Assembly (NCBI RefSeq): GCF_018977255.1
Contig: NW_024704753.1
Location: 4,526,001-4,590,000, forward strand
Direction of reading: 5' to 3'
From: Callorhinchus milii
Lineage: Eukaryota
Length of the DNA: 64,000 nt
The position numbers and the translations under genes are program-made. The first letter of the stretch is position 1; every line of letters starts with the position of its first letter. Below are positions 51,743 through 64,000 of the stretch, one piece after another. The notes under the pieces were generated by a model, which was not told where the DNA came from, did no database searches, and was given only the letters and a program-made list of their open reading frames with translations.

Positions 51743-52130
51743 GTCAGCCTGACTCCGTTGGTAGTGTCTCACCTCTGAGTCAGAAGGTTATGGGTTCAAG
51801 CCGCTGGTTGGGATTTTGAGCTTGGTAGTCTAGGCTGACTGTGCTGTCAGATCACTGCGTTGTTTGACCTGCAGATGAAATGCTAAACCAAGGTCCCATC
51901 TGCCTGTTCAGGTGGACTGTAAATATCCCATGGCACTATTCAAAAGAGACAGGAATTTCTCCTTGTTTCAATCCCTCAGATAAAAAATGCTCATTCACTC
52001 GGCTATTTGCGCAAATTTTCTACACGTTCGGCTACAAATACACGGCTACTACGCTTCACAATAAATCCTGCAAAATGCGTTGAGATAGCTTGACAATGTG
52101 AAAAGGCACTATATCAAAAGCAAGGATCAT
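51743..52130 (+). mobile_element. Old Deu-domain SINE, near full length
   Basis: tRNA-like head, then ctgttcaggtggactgtaaatatcccatggcactatt, then an L2-like tail. Confidence 0.85.
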
Positions 52131-52356
52131 TCTTTTCTAATATTATAAAATAAGCGGCCTTTGCAGCTTTTTGACCAAATTGAATGTAACCATGCAACTG
52201 ACAGGGTCCTGATTAAAGCTATAGCCAAGAATCAACATGTTTAGGCTCGCGTAATTAAAGTTATTTCATGAAAGAGCTTAGAGTGGTTGAGTTACTGAGG
52301 GGATTTGTTTGTTTGTAAAACTCCTCCAGATGATGTCTAATCAATAAATAGGAGTA

Positions 52357-52535
52357 CAGTAAACTTCTGATAACTTGTCACTCCAAGGGAAAAGGGCTGA
52401 GTGACAGGTTAATCTGACAGGCGAGCTTGCCATATGTAAAAATACATAAATAAATGGGGCTGGGATATTGATATCAGGATGATTTTAAGTGGCAGTGACA
52501 AGTTAAGGCAGGTTAGGGTTATCAGGAATTTACTG
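52357..52535. mobile_element. 179-bp pogo/Tigger-type MITE
   Basis: TIRs cagtaaacttctgataac / gttatcaggaatttactg (16 of 18 match). TA on the left flank only. Confidence 0.7.
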
Positions 52536-54069
52536 CTTTATCTTATTATAATAAGGGAATACACCTAATAATGCCACCGAATATCAAAAAGGAATTTTCA
52601 GGTTACAAATGAAAATATTTAAAGCTCATATCCTATTGGCATTCGATTCTCTCATCTCTTTCTCTGTGCTAGACATGCAAAATATAATCTTGGCTCTCAT
52701 TCTGATTTGCAAGCAATTAGGTCATAACTGGCAAGTTGGATTATGAGTAGCACGGTAATAAAATGCCGTTCTGTTAATTCAGCACACTTTCCATTATAAT
52801 TTTTCAAAAAAAAAGAAGTGAAACATTCGAATTGCATTTTTGCCGGAAACACCTATTGGTTAAATGCTATTGATTTTAACTCAAATAATCACAACGGACT
52901 GTAGCTTTAAGAGTAATGGTGCCCGTTGAAAGCATTCATTTATAAATTGGTATAATCTAACAATAAATTGCGAGTAATTACTTAACGCTGCTCGAATATG
53001 CTCAAATGTCAGTTACACTGTGCAACCTTCTCCATTCAGTGTTTGGAAATACCCCATCACAAATCCGACAGAATAGAATTGACTGGAGGAGATCAAAGCA
53101 AGCCCAGATGTTTGTCTCGGCTGGAACAAACTAGACCGGACGGAAATTTGTTGGCCCTTTTACCAATTTATTTTCCAAAAAAAAAGCATTGTTAACCTGC
53201 AGATTGTTGTAAAAAACACGAGCTTACCCAGAGACTGGAGAACACATTTTTCGTGAGACCATTTGCCTTCGAGATGTGGGTTCGAACAGAGCCAGGCTGA
53301 TGGGACTAGAGTGTCTCATTTCTCTTAAGGATGTGAATGTCCTAAAATATAATGGGTTTGGACAATCCTAGCCCAGTTTTGGAAATGTTTTTTACTCAGC
53401 ACGAATTGGAACTAATTTGCCAGTCTCACTCATGGAGGCCCCAAGGGATGACTCCATGTGTCACCACTGCTCTCCATACATGCGGTATGAGAGCTTCATA
53501 CTGTGTTGAAAGTAGCAAAATGTTTGCTTTCACCCAACGCTGGCATCCGTCACTTCAACGAGAGAAAAATTCAAAAGAAAAAAAGTATATATATATATAT
53601 TTTTACAAGAGGGAAAAAAAACCAGCAAATAGCATCATTGAGCCAGCACCGGCTTAACAGATGGGCATTTCATGTCAAGAATCTAGGAGTAAACTAAACC
53701 AAACACTTGTGTCAATAATAGGGGTGCCGCAAATATTTTTCTGCTGAGCAAATACATTTTGATGTGTTGAAAGTTGCCAATGTGGAAACATTCAACTGTT
53801 TATACTGGAAGGAATGTGGCAATAATGTAGTAAAAGTTAATGGTACATTAGGCCAAGTACTGAAAATAGGAAATGGAAATCCAAACATCTAACAAGGATG
53901 TATGAATGTGGGAGCGTCCAAAAAGGTCCATAAAAATGGCAATAATGAATTATAGTTAGTGCATTCAAATGTATAATAGAGCATAGTTTTTGAATACACA
54001 GCCTTGTATTCAGGAGGCAGATATGAAGAACTTTCCCAATTTCTCACTTAGAAAAGTCACCGTCAGTGC

Positions 54070-54260
54070 GAAATTGAGCCGCATAGACCAGATGGCTCCC
54101 AACTTTGATGCCTGGAAATGCTCAACTTGTTGGCTGATCTCAGGGTGCTACATTTGGCCTCAATGCCCCTGAGCTGGGGTGTGGGCGGGTGAGGGGAGGG
54201 AGGTGGTTAACTCACTCAGGGGTTTTCTCCTGATTAACGCTCGGCAGAGCCTTCTGGTGA
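54070..54260 (+). mobile_element. Ancient SINE-like repeat (MER131-like from memory)
   Basis: gagccgcatagaccaga...gctgatctcagggtgctacatttggcctcaatgcccctgagct. Confidence 0.55.
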
Positions 54261-54384
54261 GTGCGTGTAGACAGTTGTCTCGATTGGCTTCTCAGTGATG
54301 GCCTGGTGCCCTTCCAGCAATGAATCGCTCAGCTTCTGCATGGAAAACAGCCAGTTGGTGAGATGTTAAAAAAATAAGAATAAA

Positions 54385-54577
54385 TAATAATTTGGTCACT
54401 CAATCCATGACCATTTGTGGGACACTGCTGTGCGCAATTGGCTGCCTCATCTTGCACACAAAACACACATTCAATTCACTTTCCAGTGTATATTCTGTGA
54501 AGCGCTTTGAGACGTCTTGAAGATGTGATAATGTGCTCCATCAAATGCAAGGATTGTTATTGTTTTATTGTTATTAT
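54385..54577 (+). mobile_element. SINE 3' half
   Basis: ttggtcactcaatcc...tcaaatgcaaggattgtt. Confidence 0.88.
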
Positions 54578-55808
54578 GTTTTAGAAAGATTATCCATCTG
54601 TGGGAACCAGTACCTTCAGGAGAGGAGAGAAACAGGAGGAAAGAATCTTTCAACGCTCCCTTTCCCGATCTCTAAAACTGTCTTCTGTGTGATTTAGGCA
54701 CAGCCTCTGCCATCTCCCAATTGTACATTGACTCTGGAGAAAGACTGTCAGCTCAAATTTCATTCTCCATTTGTCTCATCTGAAAATACACTACATTTGT
54801 TAACATTCTTCATCAGCAAATGTGGCTCAGACCCTAGAGAGGCGCGTACAGAACAGTGCATTTAGTTCTGGGAAGCACTCAAGTTGGGAGATATTATACT
54901 TGTAGAATAGAACATGTTAACACTCTGTGTTGCCTGGATCAGGAATACTGTCATTTATTTAAATTGCAGGTTAAAGTTCTGTCTAAACTTCTCCAAGTTC
55001 TTTACCTTCATCCTTAGAAGTGCAACTGGTTGCAACTTCTACTTGACCTTTTCTAGCAGTCCTCCTAGACCCTCTAATTGGCCGCACTACAAGTATTTTT
55101 GACGTACAAATTAGCACAAGGATTTGAACAGAATTGGAAGTCGCAAAGAATGACAGAAAGTTTATCACATGTGAGGAGACTCTTTGGTCCATCGTGACTG
55201 TGCTGGTTCCCCCTTCCTTTCCCTTCCCCTGCTCCACCAGGCTATGAATCCCATTGCCCTGCTCTTTCCCCAAACTACTTTATTTTCCCTCAAGTATTTT
55301 ATCGAATTTGCTTTTAAATGCTGCTGTGGTTTCAGCCATGTGTGCTCAGGTTTCCCACATGCTAACAATCTGGTTACTCCCATTTTTACTAATTGTTGAT
55401 AATCCTGAATTTATACACTCTTGTTACTGATTCGCAGTCTGGGCTGATTCCTGAGTTTAGACAGTGGACTTGACCTTGGGGCTGACACATGTTTTGCAGT
55501 ATGTTTGACAAGAGGCTAAAAGAAGCAAATGAGCATCTCATTCCCAAGTGCTGATTCTAGGAAATCCGATCCATTGGGGTTAACATAAAACTAGACGGCA
55601 ATAAAGTTGGATCTCTAACAAGATGATGGGGATGGTAATACTGGGGAATTGAACACCCTTACACTCTGGGAACTCTTTAACAGATTTAACTATCAGCCAT
55701 GTCTGCAGATGTAAATCTGTCTCCTCTGGCCAACAATGTACCTGAACAACATCCCCCCATCCCACCCCCTCACTACCTCGCACTATTCAAAGAAACAGTT
55801 TTGCTAAT

Positions 55809-56172
55809 GGTGTCCCATAGCGTAGTGGTTAGTGTGATCATCTTGCAAGTGAGAGGAACCGGGTTCGATTCCTGTGCAAAACCTCAGGCAAGTTTCCTTA
55901 CTCCACGCGCCTCTATTTGCCTAGCAGTAAGTAGGAACCCGGTCCTTAGTCGATTGACCGATCGCTTTCCGGGGAAATAATCCCTCCAATAAAAAATTGG
56001 TCATTCAATCCACAACTGTTTGTGGGACACTTCTGTGCCCAACTGGCTATGAGTTCCGCCCACAAAATATACAGCCAATTTATTTTACAGTATATTTTGT
56101 GAAGCGCTTTGAGATGTTTCAACGACGTCATAAGGTGCTATATCAAATGCAAGGATTATTATTTTTATTATT
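55809..56172 (+). mobile_element. Full-length SINE (long variant)
   Basis: B box gggttcgattcc, extra segment, tail. Confidence 0.9.
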
Positions 56173-56205
56173 CTTGGTTTTCATTCCTTCTCACCATCCT
56201 TATAG

Positions 56206-56250
56206 CTACTTTGGCTGAGATTGCCGCTTTAGAGCTAGTTAGGAACAGAG
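56206..56250 (+). other. Candidate 45-nt symmetric exon
   Basis: Acceptor ttttcattccttctcaccatccttatag|C and donor GAG|gtgagt. Phase 1-1 frame TLAEIAALELVRNR. Confidence 0.25.
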
Positions 56251-58053
56251 GTGAGTCCTGTCAAGAGACAGGAGCGGAGAGCAATACAAAACCACGGATA
56301 CAGTACTGATAGGTAGTCATGATAAATCTATCCATCACGTATGTGTGTGTGTGCGTGTTCATCTATCAGTTACCTAAGTGAAATCCACAGTCATTTTACT
56401 ATTCCTCAGTAGCATAAGCATCTAATAATCACCTACTGTTAGCCACTTTCAACAGTGGGGAAAACAAGGCAAAGAGTTGTGAATAAAATAAAATATTTAA
56501 ATCGTAAAGCCTATGGTGATGGCAGAAGATTAATTTAGTCATTACTTTTAAGCAAGGATTGATCTCAGCAGATCACTCGAGATATTACAATATTTTGGCA
56601 CCCAGAGTTTTGGGACTTCGCCACACTTTGAATAACTCGCAGTTTCCAAGTTACCCATCTCTCCGGAATAGGGATAAAACATTGGTTGTGTGAGCAGCTA
56701 GTTGCACTGCACAAGCAATCCGGAGAAATAAGCTACTATTGATAAGAAACTTGAGACGAAAACATGATTGCTTTATAGACAGGTGGATTTTCAACCTCAC
56801 AGCTTAAACACCAAACAACACAAAACAAAGAAGCTGGTCAGGGCATTGATTTGAGTGCCAAATATAGTTTTTGCCATCATAAATCTCAGGCTGACATCTG
56901 CACAAAGCAACTCCACCTAAATGCTGCCAAGTAAGGGTGTTTATTCACAGATTGGCTGATAGTTCCCATGGCAACCACTACCACAATTAGACAAATACAA
57001 TCCTCTGTTCAGACATGCACATAATTCATTAATTCAGCAGCTATTGTTGACAAAAAAGGTATTAGGGAAAATATTAATAAAAGGATCAGAGAATACTGCT
57101 ATCTGCAATAAAATTGCAGGAACTATTGAAAGGGGCTCTTTGACTGCCGTAGCAGTCTACAAGACAGGACATCAGCACCAGAGCGATGCCATAAGTGTGC
57201 CCTTGTAAACTATCACCAGCCACTCGCTCGCTCGCTCGCAACTAACTTTGTGCGCATTGAAAGGAAAAGGCATTATATGGTCATTTATTGTCGATCAAAC
57301 AGTCTTCCTTAAGTACTAGAGGAATATAGACCATCTCAGGGTGGCAGAAAAATACCCACATCATTCCACATTGTCCGAAATCATTCTTCTTATAAAATAT
57401 AACTATGCACTCGGTCACGTGCTTTAGGTGCGTGCTGTACATGTACTGATTGTGTGTTAAAAAAAACCCTTGAGACTGTGTTGAGTTGGGAAACACATCT
57501 GTGATCATTTTCTCACCGTGTTTATGCATTCCAGTCATTAACGGTCATTTTTTTTTGCTGTGACCTTATCCTGCAAAGTATTCTTTGATTTCTCCCAACC
57601 CTCCCCTCACCCAGCCCCCTCCCCTCCCTTCCCGGTTAAACTTTGCCTCTCGGAGCTCTGTGGTTTGATCCCTGTTAAAGGATAGCAATCAGGATATCAA
57701 GGCTGATGCTTCCCAGTGGGAAGGAGATGAAATTGGAGCTCCAGTCTATACAACTGGTCAGATGCAGAGAGGCCCATCACTGAGACCATATCCCACTTCC
57801 CCCACCATGTAATGTTTCCTGGGTGAGGGACTGTGAGAGGCAAGGAGGAAAAAGTAGACTTTTACAACACTGGGAAGCCGGCAATAAACAGTCTCAGTCT
57901 GCAACAAAGATTACAGTCAGCAGTTTTCTTACAAAAGTTTCAAGCATAAGGATTTGAATATCTTCATAAATATCATCACCAAATGACTGGATGTGATTGC
58001 AAAGATTTTTTTTTGCACAGGAAGGGATTTGCACACTTCTTTTTGTTTTGATG

Positions 58054-58317
58054 AGCTGTGTGTCTGACACTCGCGGGAACCCACCATCATACTAATAATA
58101 ATCCTTGCATTTGATACAGCACCTTGTCACGTCTTCGAGACGTCTCAGAGCGCTTCACAGATTATACTGTAAAGTGAACTGACTGAATATTTTGTGGGCC
58201 AAATGCTTTTCACCAAGCTTTAGAAAAATCCAAACCGGAGCGTGGAGCACTCTCAGTCCGGTTTGGGTACACTTAAGCACGGTGACGGGTTTTCGTGTGT
58301 GTCAGACATTCGGCTGA
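58054..58317. mobile_element. Palindromic MITE-like element interrupted by a minus-strand SINE tail (58092-58205)
   Basis: Outer arms match at 28 of 40 positions with no gaps. Inner perfect 10-bp stem ccaaaccgga / tccggtttgg. Confidence 0.7.
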
Positions 58318-60067
58318 CCAAAGAATATAAATTTACACCCCCCTTTCCTTCAGTGATGCCTTCACAAAAGCGTCAAGAGTTTCACTGGAGACACTTTAGA
58401 CACTGAGGCATCAATCCAGGGGGAGCCATGAAAAATGATGTTGTTGGTGGATTATTGCTCAGAAAATAAATACTGTATGAAACACATTGTACAGTTTGTG
58501 ACACTTCTCATAAAGGTAAGCATGGATAATACTCTGGACCTAACAGAGAAGAGAAACAAGCAGGCTCAGTTTTGACCTACACTATCACGGCAATAGAGAT
58601 TTCCAGCATAATGTTTATAAATAAAATTGTGCTGTTGAAAATGTCTATTTTTTCCCCCGACAGAAATGGGTAAACACCCATCAGAACATTAATGCACATT
58701 AATGTCTTGGCCATTTTTTTTTTTGCGAAATGATTTCCTGAGAGAGGATTATAATGATAAAGTACAGTTTATCCTTAGCGCCTCAAAGAAGCTAGACTGG
58801 AACATGCTAAAGGCATTATCATTATGTGTTTACAGTACAAAGGCCTGAGGCCAGCCCTCATTAGAAGGCGTGTCATTATTAAATGACTAATGAGACACAA
58901 GCAATAACCCTGCTGCCTCTATTAATGGATGTAGCTTGTGTTCTGGTATAAGCAAGCGCCATACAGGAAAAGATAAAGGAGCACACACAAAAAAAATGGA
59001 AAAATAATGATCCTACGAAACAATGCTCAATATTCATCAGCGTTATTAAAAGAGGAAAAGGATAGAGTCTCTGTTGGACAAAATAAAAAGTAAAACAGAA
59101 ATTCCAGTCCTTTGAAATGAAGCATGTGGAGGGGGCAGTGTGGGAGGTGTGGTGTGGGGAGGAGTGAGAATGGTTGAACCAGAAGGAAAGAAATAGATTT
59201 CATGTGGCTAGGGGTAATAGGATAGCAGTACGGTTAAATTGTCGTATGGGACTGGAGAATTAGAATCAATTAAATCAGGATTTCGGCAATCCCTCATTGT
59301 TAATTATCTTGTGCCTTCACATAGTGAAAGAGGAACGTCCAACGATTGAGCCATCATCAATGGACCTGCAAATTGATCCCGAAAAATTCAGGTATGGAAT
59401 TTCCCATCGTTGGGAATGAATTGAGGGAGAGTGGGGTGGGGGGGGAATGGCTAGTTGGGGAAGATGGGAGGGATGGTTTAGTTAAAATAAGTCATTCAAC
59501 CCAAGTGTTTCAGCAACTGGAAGATATTCGGTGCTGATGAAACTGTTAATTATGAACAGCGGCACTTTTCTTGCAGTTACACACATCAATTAGAAATGTG
59601 CACTGAACATTACTGCAGACAAAAGTCCCAGTTTATGTGCTTCGGTGGCTGTATCTTAATCAGTCTCTAATGACAACTATCAGCACACTGCACTCACCTC
59701 CCCCCTTTCTCTCTCTCTCTCGCTCTCTCTAAGGCTCACATTTATAATGAGCTCTCAGCCATGGCCCTGCAATAGCTTAGCTCCCTACATGCAGCATGTG
59801 CAGGTGACCAATTCAGATGCCGGTCGCATAGATTATGAGTGACCGGGATGTCACAAGACAATAGCAAGTGAAACCCGTGGAAATATGTGCTCCAAATACG
59901 TCAATTCTGGGAAAACTGCTGTAATTCCTTTTTTGAGCTTCCCTTCCCTTCATAAAGATGGGTTGACGGGCTCCAGCAAGTGGGCAAATTGGTAGCATTT
60001 TGTCAGTGAACACAGATTGGTCATAAAGTGGTAACCCAGCAACTTCTCTTTGAGGGCCTTAGTGGTT

Positions 60068-60185
60068 GTTTTGCCCACAAAATACAGCACACAGACAAAC
60101 CACTTTACAGTATATTCTGTGAAGCGCTTTGAGACGTTTTAACAATGTGAGAAGGCGCGATATCAAATGCAAAGATTATTATTTT
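60068..60185 (+). mobile_element. SINE 3' fragment
   Basis: cactttacagtatattctgtgaagcgctttgagacg followed by the tail. Confidence 0.85.
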
Positions 60186-62859
60186 TGAGCAAAGGCACTG
60201 CCTCGTGCAAAAACTAAACTATACAGAAATAATAGGCGTCATGTTGTAATCTCTCCCTGCTGCTCCCCTTGACTGATCTCCCTGTATAATGTGTGTGCTT
60301 TCCTGTAATAACAATAATACTGTAATAAAATTCCTTCCGTTTGATTCTGTGCCTTTCACTTCAAGAAGCCTTCTCAACGTGCTTCACAGGATTGACTGCA
60401 ACATGTAGTGACTGTGTATTTTTGTAGGCAAAGCCAGAGAGAAGTTACGCATTCACTGTAAAGTACTTGTCTCATCCAATAGTGTGGTGCTTTCTTTTTC
60501 TATCCAGTGTGAGTTTGACTCTTGACGCCAAATCAAGCTTCCAATGTTCACTTGTTTATTTAATCATTCCGAAACTACATCCAAGCTGTGTTACATCATT
60601 TTGTTGCAAAATCCTCGACTTGTGTCGATAAAGTTTTGTGTTTAATAGACACCCGTGGTGGAGAGGAGATATTTGCACAAGGTGATGTCTCTGAATCTGT
60701 GATACGAAAGGAGAAGCACTTTTTCATTGCGATGTTTGTCATTTGTTCCAAACCACTGTCTTGGATTAGAACTCTGCTGCAAATAACAATTGCTGTTCTC
60801 AGGGAAACCAAATAAAAACACGAATGCGTTATTATATCGCAATTTTCAAACACAACAATGCCTCTTATCCTTGGCCCGAGTTATTAATGCAAACAACACA
60901 TTTCCATTGGAACATGAACCAAGCTCACATTGAGTAGTTGGCTTGTGGTAGAGGGAGAACTGACTAAACCAGCATTGACAGCTTCTTCAGGCATTAAAGT
61001 AGTTGATTTAAAGCCAAAGACCGCAACCCTATTCAAACAGGGCATTAAGACACATTGTTTAGCAACAGCAGAGGATAATAAATTCTGATCAATAAACTGT
61101 GGCTAATGTTTGAGAGGTATGGAATACAACGTGAAATGTAACACTGCACAGCGCACGTTATCTTGTCACATGAATAATCGCTCAACGTAAGCCAGTATTC
61201 ATGAACAGTCAGGGGTTATGGGCCTGGTGAAATTCCAGCTTTTGATCTTCCCAGCTCACTACAGTTCTTTTTCTCCCACTTGTACCCATTACTGATCATT
61301 CAGATGGACAGATCACAACACTGATTCTGACATTTATGCTATACCATAGATTATTCAGTAAGAGGTATGCAGGGGATGGTACAGGTTGAACAGAGCTGTT
61401 AGTAATTGCTACCATCCCCTGGGGGCACAGGTCTGATTTGAAAGATGACTAAATTTAGCACGTGTATGGTAAATGTTTTAGACTGTTGACCACCATTAGA
61501 ATTTGTGTGTTAAACAATAGAGACGAACAGAAGCTACTCGCACGTGTACAGCAGCTCCATCAGAGTCAATATTCGCTACAGCAACAAATGGAAAACGTCC
61601 CACAATCATTGCGTGTTATCCGTTTCTTCTGTGCAGAGACACAATTTTTCAGGATCCTTCGATTTCCAACATCAGTGGGGCTAATTACTGCATGTCTTAA
61701 ACAGAGCCTGGTTTAGATGTGGAGAAAGCTCTTTTCATGAATACTAAAGTTCAGAGTTCCATATGCTCTTTGTGTTCACCATCAACATCCTCAAGTCTTT
61801 AAATCGGCTACTCACCAACCCCATGCTTACTTGGGGGAGCTGAGAGACAAAGGACTGACTGGCGTATCGGTGTTCCCTTACAAGGAAAGTCTCTTTCTCC
61901 AAAACATACAGCAACGACAACAATTGTATTTATATAGCGCCTTTCACTCTGGCGAGACGGCGAACAGTAAAACTGTTGTGTCTTAAATTTTAAGGGTGTT
62001 GAAAATTCTTCCACTTTTCTCTTTAAGGGCTGCAGAAAAACGGCTTCCAAATCAAGGCTGAAATGAAGAATTTTCCACGAGCTTTAATATTTAAGAGGAA
62101 ATAGTCCTAATTGGCTAGGATTAGGTGGAATTTTAGGCCTTACTTGGGGAAAAGTGCAGTGATCTTTTGATCAGAGATTGTAGTGTTAATGGTAGATAAA
62201 AACCCTACCTGTTTGTATGATTTTATTTTGATGTGACGTTGTTTTTGTAGGAGCAAGATCAATTCGAAAACAACCATTGTGATTCGAGTGTGCTTCATTA
62301 ATGTATTTATTTAAATGAAAAGGCCACTTGTGCTTTCTGTTACACAAATTGACATGAATAATGAGACAAGATGAGACTGTATTTTAGAAAAGAAGAAAGC
62401 CCGTTATAAAATTCAGAGTAAAAGGAGAATCTTAGTGAGAAGCAAACATAGGTGCCATTATTACCTATAAATAAACAGATAACTGACAATGTTTCCCTTT
62501 AACAAAGTTTCTCATCCCCTCTACTTAGTGTAATTTCTCCCACTAACTAACTATTCCTATTCTAGCTGCCATGAATTGCGAAACAGCTTTGTATCACGCA
62601 CTGGGAAAACAGACCTTGGCCACTCACCCACATCCGCAAGTTTTTGTCCTGATAATAAAATAATGTGTGCTTCTCTGACATGCTTCGCTGTCTAAAGAGA
62701 TGCACTTTATTTTCTGCTATAGTATGAGATATTCATGAGCACCGTAACTCAACAAAATAACTTCAAATGTTGTGGGCAATTCATCTCATTTGATTTTGTT
62801 TCCCCTCCCACAACGATCTGTCTCCCAATAGAATATATTGTTTGTTCACAATTCACAGT

Positions 62860-63090
62860 GCTGTATCACCAAACAAGCTTTGCCCAGGGGACGCAGCTTT
62901 GATTTAACATTAGTGACGCATTTAATGCCCAGTTTATTCTGGTAGCGAGCGATTCGTCACTGCTTCCAGCAATGATTAGCAGAAGGGACTGATTTATATT
63001 TCCCGCTCCGAACTGCTCTTGCCGTAGGAGAAGGAGGACTTTCTGCATGTTTGCAGCCATGCCCATTAGTTATTTGGTACTTTATCCTCC
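62860..63090. promoter_or_regulatory. Putative conserved non-coding element
   Basis: Repeat-free with retained CpGs. Contains TGATTTAA and TGATTTAT (PBX-HOX-like) and several TAAT cores. Confidence 0.3.
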
Positions 63091-64000
63091 AAGTCAGAAG
63101 TTCTTGGCTTCTTCCAAATGTCTTAATTTCCACATTTCTTAAAAGGAAAGGAGGAAAAAAAACAGCTTTCAGATTAACACAGAATTTAAGAATTTTCCAA
63201 AATGTTGGACAATCTTCAATTTTAAAGCAATGCTCTTAGGCTTAAGAACCGTTTCAGATCTTTATTAATGTTAAATATGGACTCTTGAAAGTTCACGAGA
63301 CCACAATATTAGTTCGGATGAAGGAAGGCTTTTTGGCCCATTTGATTTCTTCTTTCCAGGACACTGTCCTGCCATTCCAGCTTCAAGCTGTTTTATTTTA
63401 AATGAATCCCAGCATCCTGACCTCACCAACCTTCCCTGTAACCCGTTCCAGTTATTAATCATCTTCTATGTAAAGAAATACTTCCTGGTGTCTGTCCGTT
63501 TGAGCAGAGACTGCACTGAGTCACATCACTTACACACTGGAGTGTCATTTGTCAATGTCCTGGAGAAACCAGTTCAATGTAGTGTTGACAGCTGGGCTCC
63601 AACGGAAATCCCTGTGTTTCAAACTCTATGGATGCAGCTTTACCTATCACTTTGAAAAGTACAGTGTCAACTGGGAATCCGCCTCCCTAGTGTTAAAGTA
63701 TTTACTTTTTCTTTATTCGGTTGGGACAGGGCCCAAGTTTATGTTCTCATCATGGCTGAGATGATTAATCTCTCATGTTGCTAAGTGTAGCATTTCTAAT
63801 GGGATCTTATGGCGTTCATCGAAAACCTTGCTGGGTTAACCTAGGATATCAGAAAGGGGACATTCACTCACTCATGTTTCTAGGCTGAATTTCAACCAAG
63901 GCACCAGCGATGGAAGGATATTATCCCCAATATAGTTCATCACCTAGTTCCTATCCAGTACACAACATGAATGTAATTAGCATCTAAAAGAGGTTAAAAA

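Noticed and set aside
61462-61716. Gln-rich, coiled-coil-looking ORF
   Set aside because: No convincing splice sites or ATG start, and no recognisable family.
62855-62885. V(D)J recombination signal (CACAGTG; also at 1387, 4110, 6499)
   Set aside because: No proper nonamer at 12 or 23 bp spacing and no V, D or J segments.
1-64000. CRISPR array, operon or prokaryotic defence system
   Set aside because: No regularly spaced direct repeats and no gene-dense ORFs. The DNA is vertebrate-like and non-coding.

Overview
This is AT-rich, CpG-poor eukaryotic DNA, not prokaryotic. The repeat content (L2 and CR1 LINE fragments, tRNA-headed Deu-type SINEs with L2-like tails) points to a vertebrate, probably a cartilaginous fish; that assignment is an inference. 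I found no intact protein-coding gene, no true RNA gene and no CRISPR array. The only ORFs with a recognisable product are decayed retrotransposon reverse-transcriptase pieces. The window looks like a large intron or gene desert: about 35 SINE copies or fragments, several LINE fragments, a few MITEs, and repeat-poor TAAT-rich blocks that may be conserved enhancers. The most notable observations are: (1) a near-perfect ~105-bp inverted repeat 1.36 kb apart (38023-39597); (2) an in-window SINE-LINE partnership through a shared 3' stem-loop; (3) an unclassified ~230-bp structured repeat with partial twister-ribozyme-like motifs; (4) a palindromic MITE-like family; (5) a regularly spaced cluster of inverted AP-1 sites; (6) a few isolated exon candidates. 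None is a demonstrated new biological system. Alignments and identities were done by eye, family names are from memory, and repeat boundaries are approximate.
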